Shown: piece by piece, positions 34,181 to 42,542 of the stretch | Position numbering within the stretch: the first letter of the stretch is position 1 | How the letters are laid out: each line of letters starts with the position of its first letter | DNA from: Minisyncoccota bacterium | GTDB lineage: Bacteria > Patescibacteriota > Minisyncoccia > Phycocordibacterales > Phycocordibacteraceae | NCBI GenBank assembly: GCA_041664265.1 | Contig: JBAYLD010000004.1 | Coordinates: forward strand, 33,470 to 97,469 | DNA length: 64,000 nucleotides | Reading direction: 5' to 3' | The notes under the pieces: model-generated | Told to the model about the DNA's origin: nothing | Seen by the model: the letters and a program-made list of their open reading frames with translations, nothing else | Database searches by the model: none | Made by a program: the position numbers and the translations under genes

Positions 34181-34372
34181 ATGAAAAAGCTTTATCGATC
34201 ACGCGAGAATAAGATTATCGCCGGGGTGGCGGGCGGCTTCGCCGAATACTTCGACATTGACCCGATTATCATGCGGCTCTTCTTCTTCGCGCTGCTCTTC
34301 TCCGGTGCGTTCATCTTCGCCTATATTGCCGCGTGGATCTTTGTCCCGCTCGCCCTCGACGAACAAAAGTGA
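34181..34372 (+). CDS. PspC domain protein
   Basis: KKLYRS..KIIAGVAGGFAEYFDIDP...AYIAAWIFVP. Confidence 0.92.
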   Translation: MKKLYRSRENKIIAGVAGGFAEYFDIDPIIMRLFFFALLFSGAFIFAYIAAWIFVPLALDEQK

Positions 34373-34439
34373 GGAGATACTGAGCTCAGCAGAGCGAACG
34401 TGCGGTATCATACGAGTATTAGCCGGTAACAATATATTT

Positions 34440-34709
34440 ATGAATCAACGTATGAGCCCCGCGAAAACCTCAGCCACCTTTGCAGTTTTGATTGGCGGCA
34501 TTCATGTCATGTGGTCTGCCTTTGTCGCGCTTGGGTGGGCGCAGCCGTCTATGGACTTCATATTCCGGCTGCACATGGTTAGCCTCGATTTTGTCGTGCA
34601 GCCGTTTGATGCCGCTACGGCGCTCATACTTGTCGCCATCACTGCGATCATTGGTGCGCTCTTTGGCTACTGCATGGCGATTATCTGGAACCGCCTTCAT
34701 CGCGCCTAG
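34440..34709 (+). CDS. Two-TM hypothetical membrane protein
   Basis: HVMWSAFVALGWAQP...IWN. Confidence 0.75.
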   Translation: MNQRMSPAKTSATFAVLIGGIHVMWSAFVALGWAQPSMDFIFRLHMVSLDFVVQPFDAATALILVAITAIIGALFGYCMAIIWNRLHRA

Positions 34710-34727
34710 TCGGCTCACCGCGGCGGT

Positions 34728-35924
34728 ATGAAGAACTACGCGATAGCTATCGGAGCACTGGTGTTGGTGGGTGTCGGGGCGTGGTGGTTGACGCAAGTGC
34801 GCGAGGCGCGCGTGCCGAGCGGAGGGCAGACAGGCCCCCTCTCTCTCGATGCGCGCATCGGACAAGAAGTGAGCGGCCTTGACGTGCGCATTGTCCCGAT
34901 TGAAGTGCTTGAGGATAGTCGATGTCCGATTGATGTGCAGTGCATCCAGGCGGGGACCGTGCGCATCCGCGCGCGGCTCATCAGCGGTTTGGGCGAAGCG
35001 AATCAAGAGTTCAGGCTTGGCCAGCCGATAACCACCGAAACAGAGGTCGTCACGCTCACCGACGTCCTCCCGCAGCCGAAGGCAGGAATAGAAATAAAGG
35101 AGAGCGACTATCTCTTCACGTTTGCAATTACCAAACGGCCGCAGAGTATCGTGCCGGATTATGAGAACGCAACATATGTCATCGAAGGGCAGCCGATACA
35201 GCTCGTGAATGGCCGCGCCGAGACGCCAACCGCGCCCGGTTCGGCAACGAAGGTGGTCACGACCACCTTCGGCCCGGCCGCCATCGGCGACTTAAATGGC
35301 GACGGGCACGCCGATGCGGCGATCCTGCTCACACAAGATGCGGGAGGGAGCGGGACATTCTTCTATGTCGGTGCCGTCTTGAATCCGGTGGACAGCCGTT
35401 CGGTAGAAAATGCTTATTTGCTCGGCGATCGCATCGCTCCGCAGAATATCGAGATACGCGAGGGCGTCATCATCGCCAACTATGCGGAGCGTGCGCCGGG
35501 CTCTCCGATGACCGCGCGACCTTCGGTGGGAGTGAGTAAGTATCTCAAGCTCGAGGGCTCACGCCTCGTCGAGATCTCTGGCGGAGACAGCGGAGGTGGC
35601 AGTATTCTCCCGTATAACTCCGGCGTGCGCGGCACGGTCTCGCTCGGACCGACCTGTCCGGTCGAGCGCATCCCACCCGACCCTGCTTGTGCCGACAAAC
35701 CTTACGCGACGGCGATCGCGGTGTACCGCACAGGACTCAAGACCCCATTCGTACTGGGGAATTCAGACGCAAGCGGCGCCTTCAAGATCTCACTCCCGCC
35801 CGGAGCCTACACGCTCTCGGCGACGGGAGGCGCGACGCTCCCGCGTTGTAACCCTGTAGAGTTTGTTGTCGCCCCAGGTGCGTATACGGTAGCAAGCATC
35901 TCTTGTGACACCGGGATTCGCTAA
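34728..35924 (+). CDS. Membrane-anchored exported multi-domain protein with Cys pairs
   Basis: N-terminal TM; EDSRCPIDVQCIQAG, GDLNGDG..GGSGTF, LGDRI, GPTCPVE. Confidence 0.8.
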   Translation: MKNYAIAIGALVLVGVGAWWLTQVREARVPSGGQTGPLSLDARIGQEVSGLDVRIVPIEVLEDSRCPIDVQCIQAGTVRIRARLISGLGEANQEFRLGQPITTETEVVTLTDVLPQPKAGIEIKESDYLFTFAITKRPQSIVPDYENATYVIEGQPIQLVNGRAETPTAPGSATKVVTTTFGPAAIGDLNGDGHADAAILLTQDAGGSGTFFYVGAVLNPVDSRSVENAYLLGDRIAPQNIEIREGVIIANYAERAPGSPMTARPSVGVSKYLKLEGSRLVEISGGDSGGGSILPYNSGVRGTVSLGPTCPVERIPPDPACADKPYATAIAVYRTGLKTPFVLGNSDASGAFKISLPPGAYTLSATGGATLPRCNPVEFVVAPGAYTVASISCDTGIR

Positions 35925-35953
35925 TACGCGTTTTAGTTAACCAAAATAAAAAT

Positions 35954-36229
35954 ATGATTGACCCAAAACAAGTAGATCTGAACCAACTGCCGAAGAAGCT
36001 CTGCGACGGGGCGATCGGCGGCTATGCCAAGGAGATATTCTCCTTTGTGCTCACGTCGGGGAATAATCTCGACTCGTTCGCGGCGACGCCGCAGACGATG
36101 AAGAGCATCGCGCTCTGGATGCAGGAGCAGATCGCTGGTTATGAGAAGCAGTACGGCACAATCGACATGACCCCGCCCGAGATCCAGAGCCCCCTTCAGG
36201 CGGCCGACTTGGGGAAGTCGGGTACATAA
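35954..36229 (+). CDS. Hypothetical protein (DUF3467-like)
   Basis: 91 aa, TPQTMKSI...YEKQYGTI. Confidence 0.65.
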   Translation: MIDPKQVDLNQLPKKLCDGAIGGYAKEIFSFVLTSGNNLDSFAATPQTMKSIALWMQEQIAGYEKQYGTIDMTPPEIQSPLQAADLGKSGT

Positions 36230-36240
36230 ATCCATAAACG

Positions 36241-36298
36241 CCGTAAGGTGACACCTCGCAGCGAGGAGTCACCTTACGGCGAAGGAGTCACCTTACGG
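36241..36298. repeat. Family A doublet plus a third partial copy
   Basis: CCGTAAGGTGACACCTCGC-a-GCGAGGAGTCACCTTACGG then GAAGGAGTCACCTTACGG. Confidence 0.9.
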
Positions 36299-36367
36299 TA
36301 GCAGTAGACCTGTTGACAACCGAGATGGGCGGGTGCTTCGTGCTTCATACTATAAAAAATAATATAT

Positions 36368-37570
36368 ATGAATAACACAACGCGTCTCCTTATCTCCATT
36401 TCTTTTTTCATGCTCGCGTTCGGCACTTCTGCTTCTCGCGTGTTTGCAGTCAGCGAGAACATCACGCAACTCAACTTCACCACCGCGCCGCAAACGATTG
36501 ATGCGAATGCGACTTCGACGGTCATCACCATCCAGACGCAGAATGCGACCAGCTCGTTAGAAAAGGTGAGCGGGACGACCACGCTCAACCTCACCTCCAC
36601 CTCAGCAACGGGAGAATTCTCATCCAACAGTACGAATTGGATCGCGGTGGCAACCCTCACGATGAGTACCAATTCGGCCAACAGGAGCTTCTATTATCGC
36701 GACACAACGGCGGGCACGCATACCCTGACGGTGACCGCGAGCGTCGGTGGCGTGGCGCGGGAGTGGACTCCCGCCACACAAGCGATCGTCATCACTGGCA
36801 CAAGAGTGGCTCCGACGATTTCTGTAGCGAGTTCGTCTGTCTTGTATACCGGCTCCGCACAGTCGGCGATAGTCTCGGGATCGGTGCCCGGCGTGGTGAG
36901 CAATATCGCCTATAATGCCTCAACTACGACGCCGATCGACGCTGGCACCTATGCGGTCACCGCAGACTTCGCTCCGGATGATAGTGCGAATTATGACGCC
37001 CTCACCAGTGCTCCGGCGGGCGATTTTGTGATTGGCAGGGCGGCACTCACCGTCACTCCTGATAACCACACCAAGACCGAGGGCGAGATCTTCTCGGCGT
37101 TTACCGGTGTGATCGATGGCATCAAGGGCAGCGATGCTCTCGCTGCGCGCTATGCGAGCGGCGGCGCGTCAGCCGACGCGCCGGTCGGCAGCTATGAGAT
37201 CACCGCAACGCTTGATGACCCTGATTCGAGGCTAGGGAATTATGATCTCGTGTACCGCGTCGGGACGCTCGAGGTGTCTGCGCCCGCCGCGCCTGCCCCA
37301 GAAGCTCTCCCGCCTGCCGCCCCGCCGGCGGAGCCGGCCGTGTCGAGTCCGCCTCCTCCCGCTAGTAGAGGCGGCGGGCGCAGGAGAAGCCCGGTTGTCG
37401 TAGTGCCGGTGACTCCGGCTGTCGCGGCGTCGCCCGCACAAGGGCAGGTGCTCGGCGCATCAGTCGGCCCGCTCACGCGCGCACAGGCGGGTTCGCTGGT
37501 CGAATTTCTTCGATCTTTTGGTGTTGATCAATCGATTATCGACCGAGTCCGAGAAGTTACCCACATCTGA
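36368..37570 (+). CDS. Secreted surface protein with MBG-like beta domains
   Basis: Signal peptide; PIDAGTYAVTA..NY, ALTVTPDN.TK, VGSYEIT..NY...GTLEV. Confidence 0.8.
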   Translation: MNNTTRLLISISFFMLAFGTSASRVFAVSENITQLNFTTAPQTIDANATSTVITIQTQNATSSLEKVSGTTTLNLTSTSATGEFSSNSTNWIAVATLTMSTNSANRSFYYRDTTAGTHTLTVTASVGGVAREWTPATQAIVITGTRVAPTISVASSSVLYTGSAQSAIVSGSVPGVVSNIAYNASTTTPIDAGTYAVTADFAPDDSANYDALTSAPAGDFVIGRAALTVTPDNHTKTEGEIFSAFTGVIDGIKGSDALAARYASGGASADAPVGSYEITATLDDPDSRLGNYDLVYRVGTLEVSAPAAPAPEALPPAAPPAEPAVSSPPPPASRGGGRRRSPVVVVPVTPAVAASPAQGQVLGASVGPLTRAQAGSLVEFLRSFGVDQSIIDRVREVTHI

Positions 37571-37624
37571 TTCGCCTCGCGAGGGAGGTGCTACACTATA
37601 GTTATTACCAACTAGTCATACGTT

Positions 37625-37999
37625 ATGGATATTTCACTGGTTGCCGCAAAAATCTTGGGAACATATCTGGTTGTCAGCGGTCTCTTCCTCATCTTCCGCG
37701 GGAAGACGGTCCCGCGCTTGTTGAAGGATTTCTTCGATCATCCGGCCATCGTGTATCTCACGGGCGTTATCCTCATCTTCTTGTCATCGCTCCTGCTCGT
37801 ACAAAATAATGTTTGGGACGGCAGTTGGCGCACGGTCATCACCATCTTCTCGTGGCTGGTCCTCTTGAAGGGCGTGTCCTACATTCTCTTCCCTGACGCG
37901 CTCCACAAGATGGTGAGCAAGAAGATCCTTAACGCCCCCTTTAATGTCTATGGCCTGATCGCACTCGCCGGTGGCCTCTTCCTCTTCTATCTCGGTTAA
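37625..37999 (+). CDS. Four-TM hypothetical membrane protein
   Basis: Hydrophobic, NVW..WRTVITI..W..LLKG....FP. Confidence 0.8.
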   Translation: MDISLVAAKILGTYLVVSGLFLIFRGKTVPRLLKDFFDHPAIVYLTGVILIFLSSLLLVQNNVWDGSWRTVITIFSWLVLLKGVSYILFPDALHKMVSKKILNAPFNVYGLIALAGGLFLFYLG

Positions 38000-38067
38000 G
38001 GCGAGGTCATACCAAGGTGTAACTTTGTACAAAAAAACGGTATACTGGCGGGTATAATTAATCCGCT

Positions 38068-38505
38068 ATGAAAAAGTATGCACTAGCCGCCAGTATCGGG
38101 ATCGTGGTGGCGGTCGCTGCGGCGTTCTGGGCGATCAACGTGCGCGAAGCCAAGGCGCCGGTCGCGATCCCCGCATCAAAAGACGATCTCATCGTTGTGG
38201 ATACGCCGTTGCCGGGCGCGATCGTAGCCAGCCCGCTCACGATCTCTGGCCGCGCGCGCGGCACGTGGTACTTTGAAGCATCGTTCCCGGTAAGGATGCT
38301 TGATGCCAAGGGGAATGAGCTCGGCGTGCTGCCCGCACAGGCGCAGGGCGAGTGGATGACGACCGAGTATGTGCCGTTTATCGTCGACCTCGCCTTCGCC
38401 ACCTCTACGACCGCGACCGGGACGCTCGTACTTGAAAAAGATAATCCATCGGGCCTGCCCGAGCATGCAAATGAACTGCGCATCCCCATCCGATTTCAGC
38501 CCTAA
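38068..38505 (+). CDS. Gmad2 Ig-like domain protein
   Basis: SPLTISGRARGTWYFEASFP, WMT..VPF, KDNPSGLP. Confidence 0.88.
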   Translation: MKKYALAASIGIVVAVAAAFWAINVREAKAPVAIPASKDDLIVVDTPLPGAIVASPLTISGRARGTWYFEASFPVRMLDAKGNELGVLPAQAQGEWMTTEYVPFIVDLAFATSTTATGTLVLEKDNPSGLPEHANELRIPIRFQP

Positions 38506-38511
38506 GGATTT

Positions 38512-38545
38512 CTTCAAGAAATTTTAATGAAGTAATGTGCACAAT
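38512..38545 (+). promoter_or_regulatory. Tandem-heptamer box plus weak -10
   Basis: CTTCAAG-aaat-TTTAATG, 10 nt, CACAAT. Confidence 0.45.
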
Positions 38546-38583
38546 GCGTGAGTGAACTTACTCGTCACTCACTACAAAAAGAT

Positions 38584-39009
38584 ATGAAAATGTCGACTGT
38601 CGTTTGGTTTGTCGTGATCATCGGGCTTGTGCTTCTCGGTATCTGGTACTTCATGCCGCGGCCGGCGAGCGCGAATCCGGTGCTCACTGTTGCGAACGAT
38701 GCCACCTTGGGCGACTTCCTCGTCGCGTCAAACGGCATGACCTTGTATCTCTACACAAACGATACGAAGGATGTTACCAACTGTTATGACCTCTGTGCGG
38801 TCAATTGGCCGCCGTATGTGCGTACGACTGCTGAGCCGCTTGTCGGAGGCGCGGGCATGGCGGGCACTATAGCGACCACGGCGCGCACCGATGGGACGGA
38901 GCAGATTACCTACAACGGTATCCCGCTCTACTTCTGGAAGAACGACCTGAAGCCGGGCGACACGACGGGTCAAAATGTTGGCGGTGTATGGTTCGTTGTG
39001 CACCCATAG
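38584..39009 (+). CDS. Exported protein with Yx(FWY)xxD repeats (COG4315-like)
   Basis: GMTLYLYTND..C...CAVNWPP, YNGIPLYFWKND. Confidence 0.88.
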   Translation: MKMSTVVWFVVIIGLVLLGIWYFMPRPASANPVLTVANDATLGDFLVASNGMTLYLYTNDTKDVTNCYDLCAVNWPPYVRTTAEPLVGGAGMAGTIATTARTDGTEQITYNGIPLYFWKNDLKPGDTTGQNVGGVWFVVHP

Positions 39010-39042
39010 GCAGAAGGGAGCGTCTGGTAGTAGAGTGTGTGG

Positions 39043-40806
39043 ATGACACAAGGCGAGGCGCTCACCATATTGAAGACGGGTGCGAACGTATTCCTCACCG
39101 GCGAGCCCGGAAGCGGCAAGACGCACACGATAAATGAGTTTGTTGCGTGGTTGCGATCATCAGGCATCGAGCCTTCGGTGACCGCAGCGACGGGGATCGC
39201 GGCGACGCACGTGAGCGGCATGACGCTCCACTCTTGGAGCGGCATCGGCATCAGCGAGTCGCTCTCGCGGGCTGATGTAGATCGCATCGCGAGCAGGGAG
39301 CATATCGCGAAGCGCTTAACGAAAGCCAAAGTGTTGATTATCGAGGAGATCTCCATGCTGTCGGCGGCGACGTTTGAGATGGCAGACAAGGTGTGCCGCG
39401 AAGTGCGACGCAGCGACCAGCCCTTTGGTGGGCTGACGGTGATTCTCGTAGGGGACTTCTTCCAGCTCCCGCCCGTGTCGCGTCGAGGCGATGTTGAATT
39501 CGCCTATGCGTCAAAACTTTGGCGCGAATTGAATCCGATCACCTGTTACCTCACCGAACAATATCGGCAGGATGATGCGGCGTTTCTCGATGTGCTCTCG
39601 GCGATACGGTCGGGCACGGTTGAAGAGTTGCACTATGAGCATCTCACTTCGCGACAGGTCGCCAAGGATCCGTTAACAGCCGAATGCCAAGGTCGGACCT
39701 TGGAGAACTCAATACCCAAACTGTTTTCGCACAATGCGGATGTCGATCGCATCAATGCCGCTGAGCTCGCCAAGCTCCCGGGTAAAGCGAGAAGCTTCTC
39801 TATGAGCTCGAAGGGTAAGGACTCGATGGTTGAAGGCCTGAAGCGCGGCTGCCTCTCGCCAGAAATCTTGGAGTTGAAGGAGGGCGCGGCGGTCATGTTC
39901 ACCAAGAATTCGCCGCAGGGGAAGTTTGTGAATGGCACGCTTGGCGTTGTCATCGATTGGAGCTTCGATGGTGCGCCGGTTATCGAAATTCGCAGCCCTT
40001 CGACTGGTTCGACAAGCTCACCGCAAGCAAGCTCAGGGCATCGTCTCCGCGTAACCGCAGAGACTATGGAGTGGCAGCTCGAAGAACAGGGCAAGGTGAA
40101 GGCGAGCATCACACAATATCCGCTCCGGCTCGCCTATGCGATGACGGTGCACAAGAGCCAGGGCATGAGCATGGACGCGGCGATTATGGATCTCTCAAAG
40201 GCGTTTGAATATGGACAAGGATATGTCGCGCTCTCGCGCGTGCGGCGGCTCTCGGGCGTGTATCTCACCGGTCTCAACGCGCGTGCGCTTGAGGTGCATC
40301 CGGAGATCCTGAAAAAAGATAAGGACTTCCGCGCCGCCTCAGAGGCGGCGCGCGATGCATTCGCCGAAATGCCTGAAGCAGAAGTAGAAGGGATGCAGAA
40401 GAAGTTTGTGAAGGCGATGGGCGGAGCATTTATGGACCCACGCACGAAACACGAGGGGATTAAGGGACTTCGTAAGTCCCTATCTGATAGGGACTTACGA
40501 AGTCCAAACATTCCGGGAAGATTAGCCGAGACGCTCCAAGCCGCGCGAGACGCGAAGAGTTTGAAACAGGTAGCAAAAGAGCGCGGACTCACCGCGAGCA
40601 CTATCGTGAAGCATCTGGAAGAGTTGGCGGAGATGGGGAAGCTCGCCCGAGCCGACTTCGCACACCTCGTGCCGATGGATATCATCGGCGAGATCCACGA
40701 GGCGCTCGCAGAGAACAAAGACGGCCGCCTCTCGCCAATCTTCCACGCTCTCAAAGGCCGTCACTCGTTTGAAACCATCCGCCTCGTCCGCCTCATGCGC
40801 GATTAG
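39043..40806 (+). CDS. PIF1-family helicase with C-terminal HTH
   Basis: TGEPGSGKT, EEISML, GDFFQLPPV, LAYAMTVHKSQG, GQGYVALSR. Confidence 0.93.
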   Translation: MTQGEALTILKTGANVFLTGEPGSGKTHTINEFVAWLRSSGIEPSVTAATGIAATHVSGMTLHSWSGIGISESLSRADVDRIASREHIAKRLTKAKVLIIEEISMLSAATFEMADKVCREVRRSDQPFGGLTVILVGDFFQLPPVSRRGDVEFAYASKLWRELNPITCYLTEQYRQDDAAFLDVLSAIRSGTVEELHYEHLTSRQVAKDPLTAECQGRTLENSIPKLFSHNADVDRINAAELAKLPGKARSFSMSSKGKDSMVEGLKRGCLSPEILELKEGAAVMFTKNSPQGKFVNGTLGVVIDWSFDGAPVIEIRSPSTGSTSSPQASSGHRLRVTAETMEWQLEEQGKVKASITQYPLRLAYAMTVHKSQGMSMDAAIMDLSKAFEYGQGYVALSRVRRLSGVYLTGLNARALEVHPEILKKDKDFRAASEAARDAFAEMPEAEVEGMQKKFVKAMGGAFMDPRTKHEGIKGLRKSLSDRDLRSPNIPGRLAETLQAARDAKSLKQVAKERGLTASTIVKHLEELAEMGKLARADFAHLVPMDIIGEIHEALAENKDGRLSPIFHALKGRHSFETIRLVRLMRD

Positions 40807-40816
40807 CAGTCACGTG

Positions 40817-41581
40817 GGGTTTCCGAAATCCTTCAATTCTTCATGAAGAATTATTCAAGATCAATCTTTTCTGGGTTATCGAGTTCTGAATCTTTAAGGA
40901 AGTCAATAAGTTCCTTGCCATAATTGCCGAAGACCTCGCTGAAGAAAGACTTTGTGAGTATGGAAGGAAAGTTTCTTCGGCCGGTATAATCGAGCAGGCT
41001 ACTCCAGCGGTATGTAGAAAGATGTTCCAAAGCTTTATTCATGTCCGCAATGCCACCTTTGTTACGGATGCGCCAGTCCTGGGCACCCTCAAGATAATCA
41101 AGCGGGTTTAGATGCAAATAGTGGAGGATATATAGAAAGTGCGGTTCATGTTCAATCAATATCCTTTTCGTGTGCCCTTGGAATAGAGTCCCTTTTCGCT
41201 CGTAGCGTTCGTTAAAGTAATTCGCATAACCGACATTAATTTTTCTGAGGAACAAACTGACACCACCCTCGACGCGCTCAGAGAGCAGGAGATGGTAATG
41301 ATTTTTCATCAGAGTCCATCCGTGAATGTCCACCAATAGCTCGCGCTCTTTTCTAAATGAAGGGTTTCCGAAACCCTTCATTCCCGATGGGTCAAAGAGG
41401 CGAGACATGTTCTCGGCAGGGGCGGTGTCATTGAATTCGTAGAGATTGTGCACAAAGCGCGCATAATCTTGAGAATCAAGAAATAATTTTCTCCCGTCGA
41501 CGCCCTTATTTAATACATGCCACAGCTCCACCCCCTCATGATACATGAAGGGTTTACGAAACCCTTCAATTCCTCATGAAG
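40817..41581. mobile_element. RAYT-like locus bounded by 32-bp direct repeats containing palindromes
   Basis: 40817-40848 vs 41550-41581 identical at 29/32; third palindrome copy inside the gene at 41356-41382. Confidence 0.75.
40851..41546 (-). CDS. HUH/Y1 tyrosine transposase (IS200-like, REP-associated type)
   Basis: HVLNKGVD, MKNHYHLLL (HUH), YFN.RY.RKGTLFQG, YLHLNP, YRWSS. Confidence 0.92.
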   Translation of the reverse strand: MYHEGVELWHVLNKGVDGRKLFLDSQDYARFVHNLYEFNDTAPAENMSRLFDPSGMKGFGNPSFRKERELLVDIHGWTLMKNHYHLLLSERVEGGVSLFLRKINVGYANYFNERYERKGTLFQGHTKRILIEHEPHFLYILHYLHLNPLDYLEGAQDWRIRNKGGIADMNKALEHLSTYRWSSLLDYTGRRNFPSILTKSFFSEVFGNYGKELIDFLKDSELDNPEKIDLE

Positions 41582-41677
41582 GTGTGGAAAATGATGGATA
41601 TCGTAGGTCCATCATCTAAGAATATAAAAAAAGAAGGACCCCGTACCAATAATCGGTACGAGGTCAAGGCTTCAGAT

Positions 41678-42262
41678 TCAACTTTTGCACACTGCAGCGG
41701 GGAAGTTTCCGTCAAATTCCTCATCGAGCCATGTAATGCTTGCACCCCAAGACTCGTTATCGCTGTGCCAAAGGAGACCACGAACACATAAATCTCCTCT
41801 TTTTACATTGCGATAGGTTGTGCCCCAGAAGCACACATACTTACCTTTCCATTCATCAGGGATGAGATGCGGGTGATCAAGTAAATAATCAAGAACGTTT
41901 GCGTTAAGGATCGTTTTCCCCGTACCCTTGAGCTCCCATTTGAGTGTTACCCCATCCAGGGATTTGCCGTTCTTTTGCCCATCGGCATAGAAGAGCTCAA
42001 CCTTGGACGGATCCCAGACAAATGAATCATCACTCCGGTGTTCTTCGACTACATGGCCTTGAGGAGCAGAGAAGTTGAGAGCGTTACAGTCTACAGCGTG
42101 ATCAGCACCTGCGATAGACGCATATCCGAGTACAACTTCACGAACCTTGGCGAGGATGTCTCCTTCACAAAGTTTCTTGATTTCCTTGTTCGTCCAGTTT
42201 CCACGTCGAAACGCGGCCTTCAATTCTCCCGCTTGGTCAACATCGAGCATTAAGTTACTCAT
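41678..42262 (-). CDS. Hypothetical protein
   Basis: AGAAAGGAG SD before ATG 42262; LNANVLDYLL.HPHLIPDEWKGK..FWGT.YR. Confidence 0.8.
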   Translation of the reverse strand: MSNLMLDVDQAGELKAAFRRGNWTNKEIKKLCEGDILAKVREVVLGYASIAGADHAVDCNALNFSAPQGHVVEEHRSDDSFVWDPSKVELFYADGQKNGKSLDGVTLKWELKGTGKTILNANVLDYLLDHPHLIPDEWKGKYVCFWGTTYRNVKRGDLCVRGLLWHSDNESWGASITWLDEEFDGNFPAAVCKS

Positions 42263-42422
42263 CGTTGTTCTCCTTTCTGCGACGGTGTTCATTACAGAAC
42301 GATGTCGCTATGCGCTGGCGGGTTCCACTGGATTTAGTGGTTTGCCACAGCAGGGAATGGCCCAGACGAGCCGCTTTCTGCTATGGCAAACGCAAGTTGA
42401 ATCTGTCAAAGAACTTACTGCT

Positions 42423-42450
42423 ATTATACACGAAACTTATATACTGTCAA
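42423..42450 (-). promoter_or_regulatory. Consensus sigma-70 promoter
   Basis: TTGACA-16 nt-TATAAT on the minus strand, followed by GTTCTTTGACA. Confidence 0.75.
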
Positions 42451-42515
42451 GCGTTTTGACAAGGTGCAGGGTGTTGAGTATGAAAATATGGCTTAAAATA
42501 TGGACTTTTGAGCAC

Positions 42516-42542
42516 AAATATCAAGGTTAAACCTTGATATTT
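42516..42542. repeat. REP-like palindrome supplying the HAD gene stop
   Basis: AAATATCAAGGT-taa-ACCTTGATATTT; related copy at 49537-49557. Confidence 0.75.
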
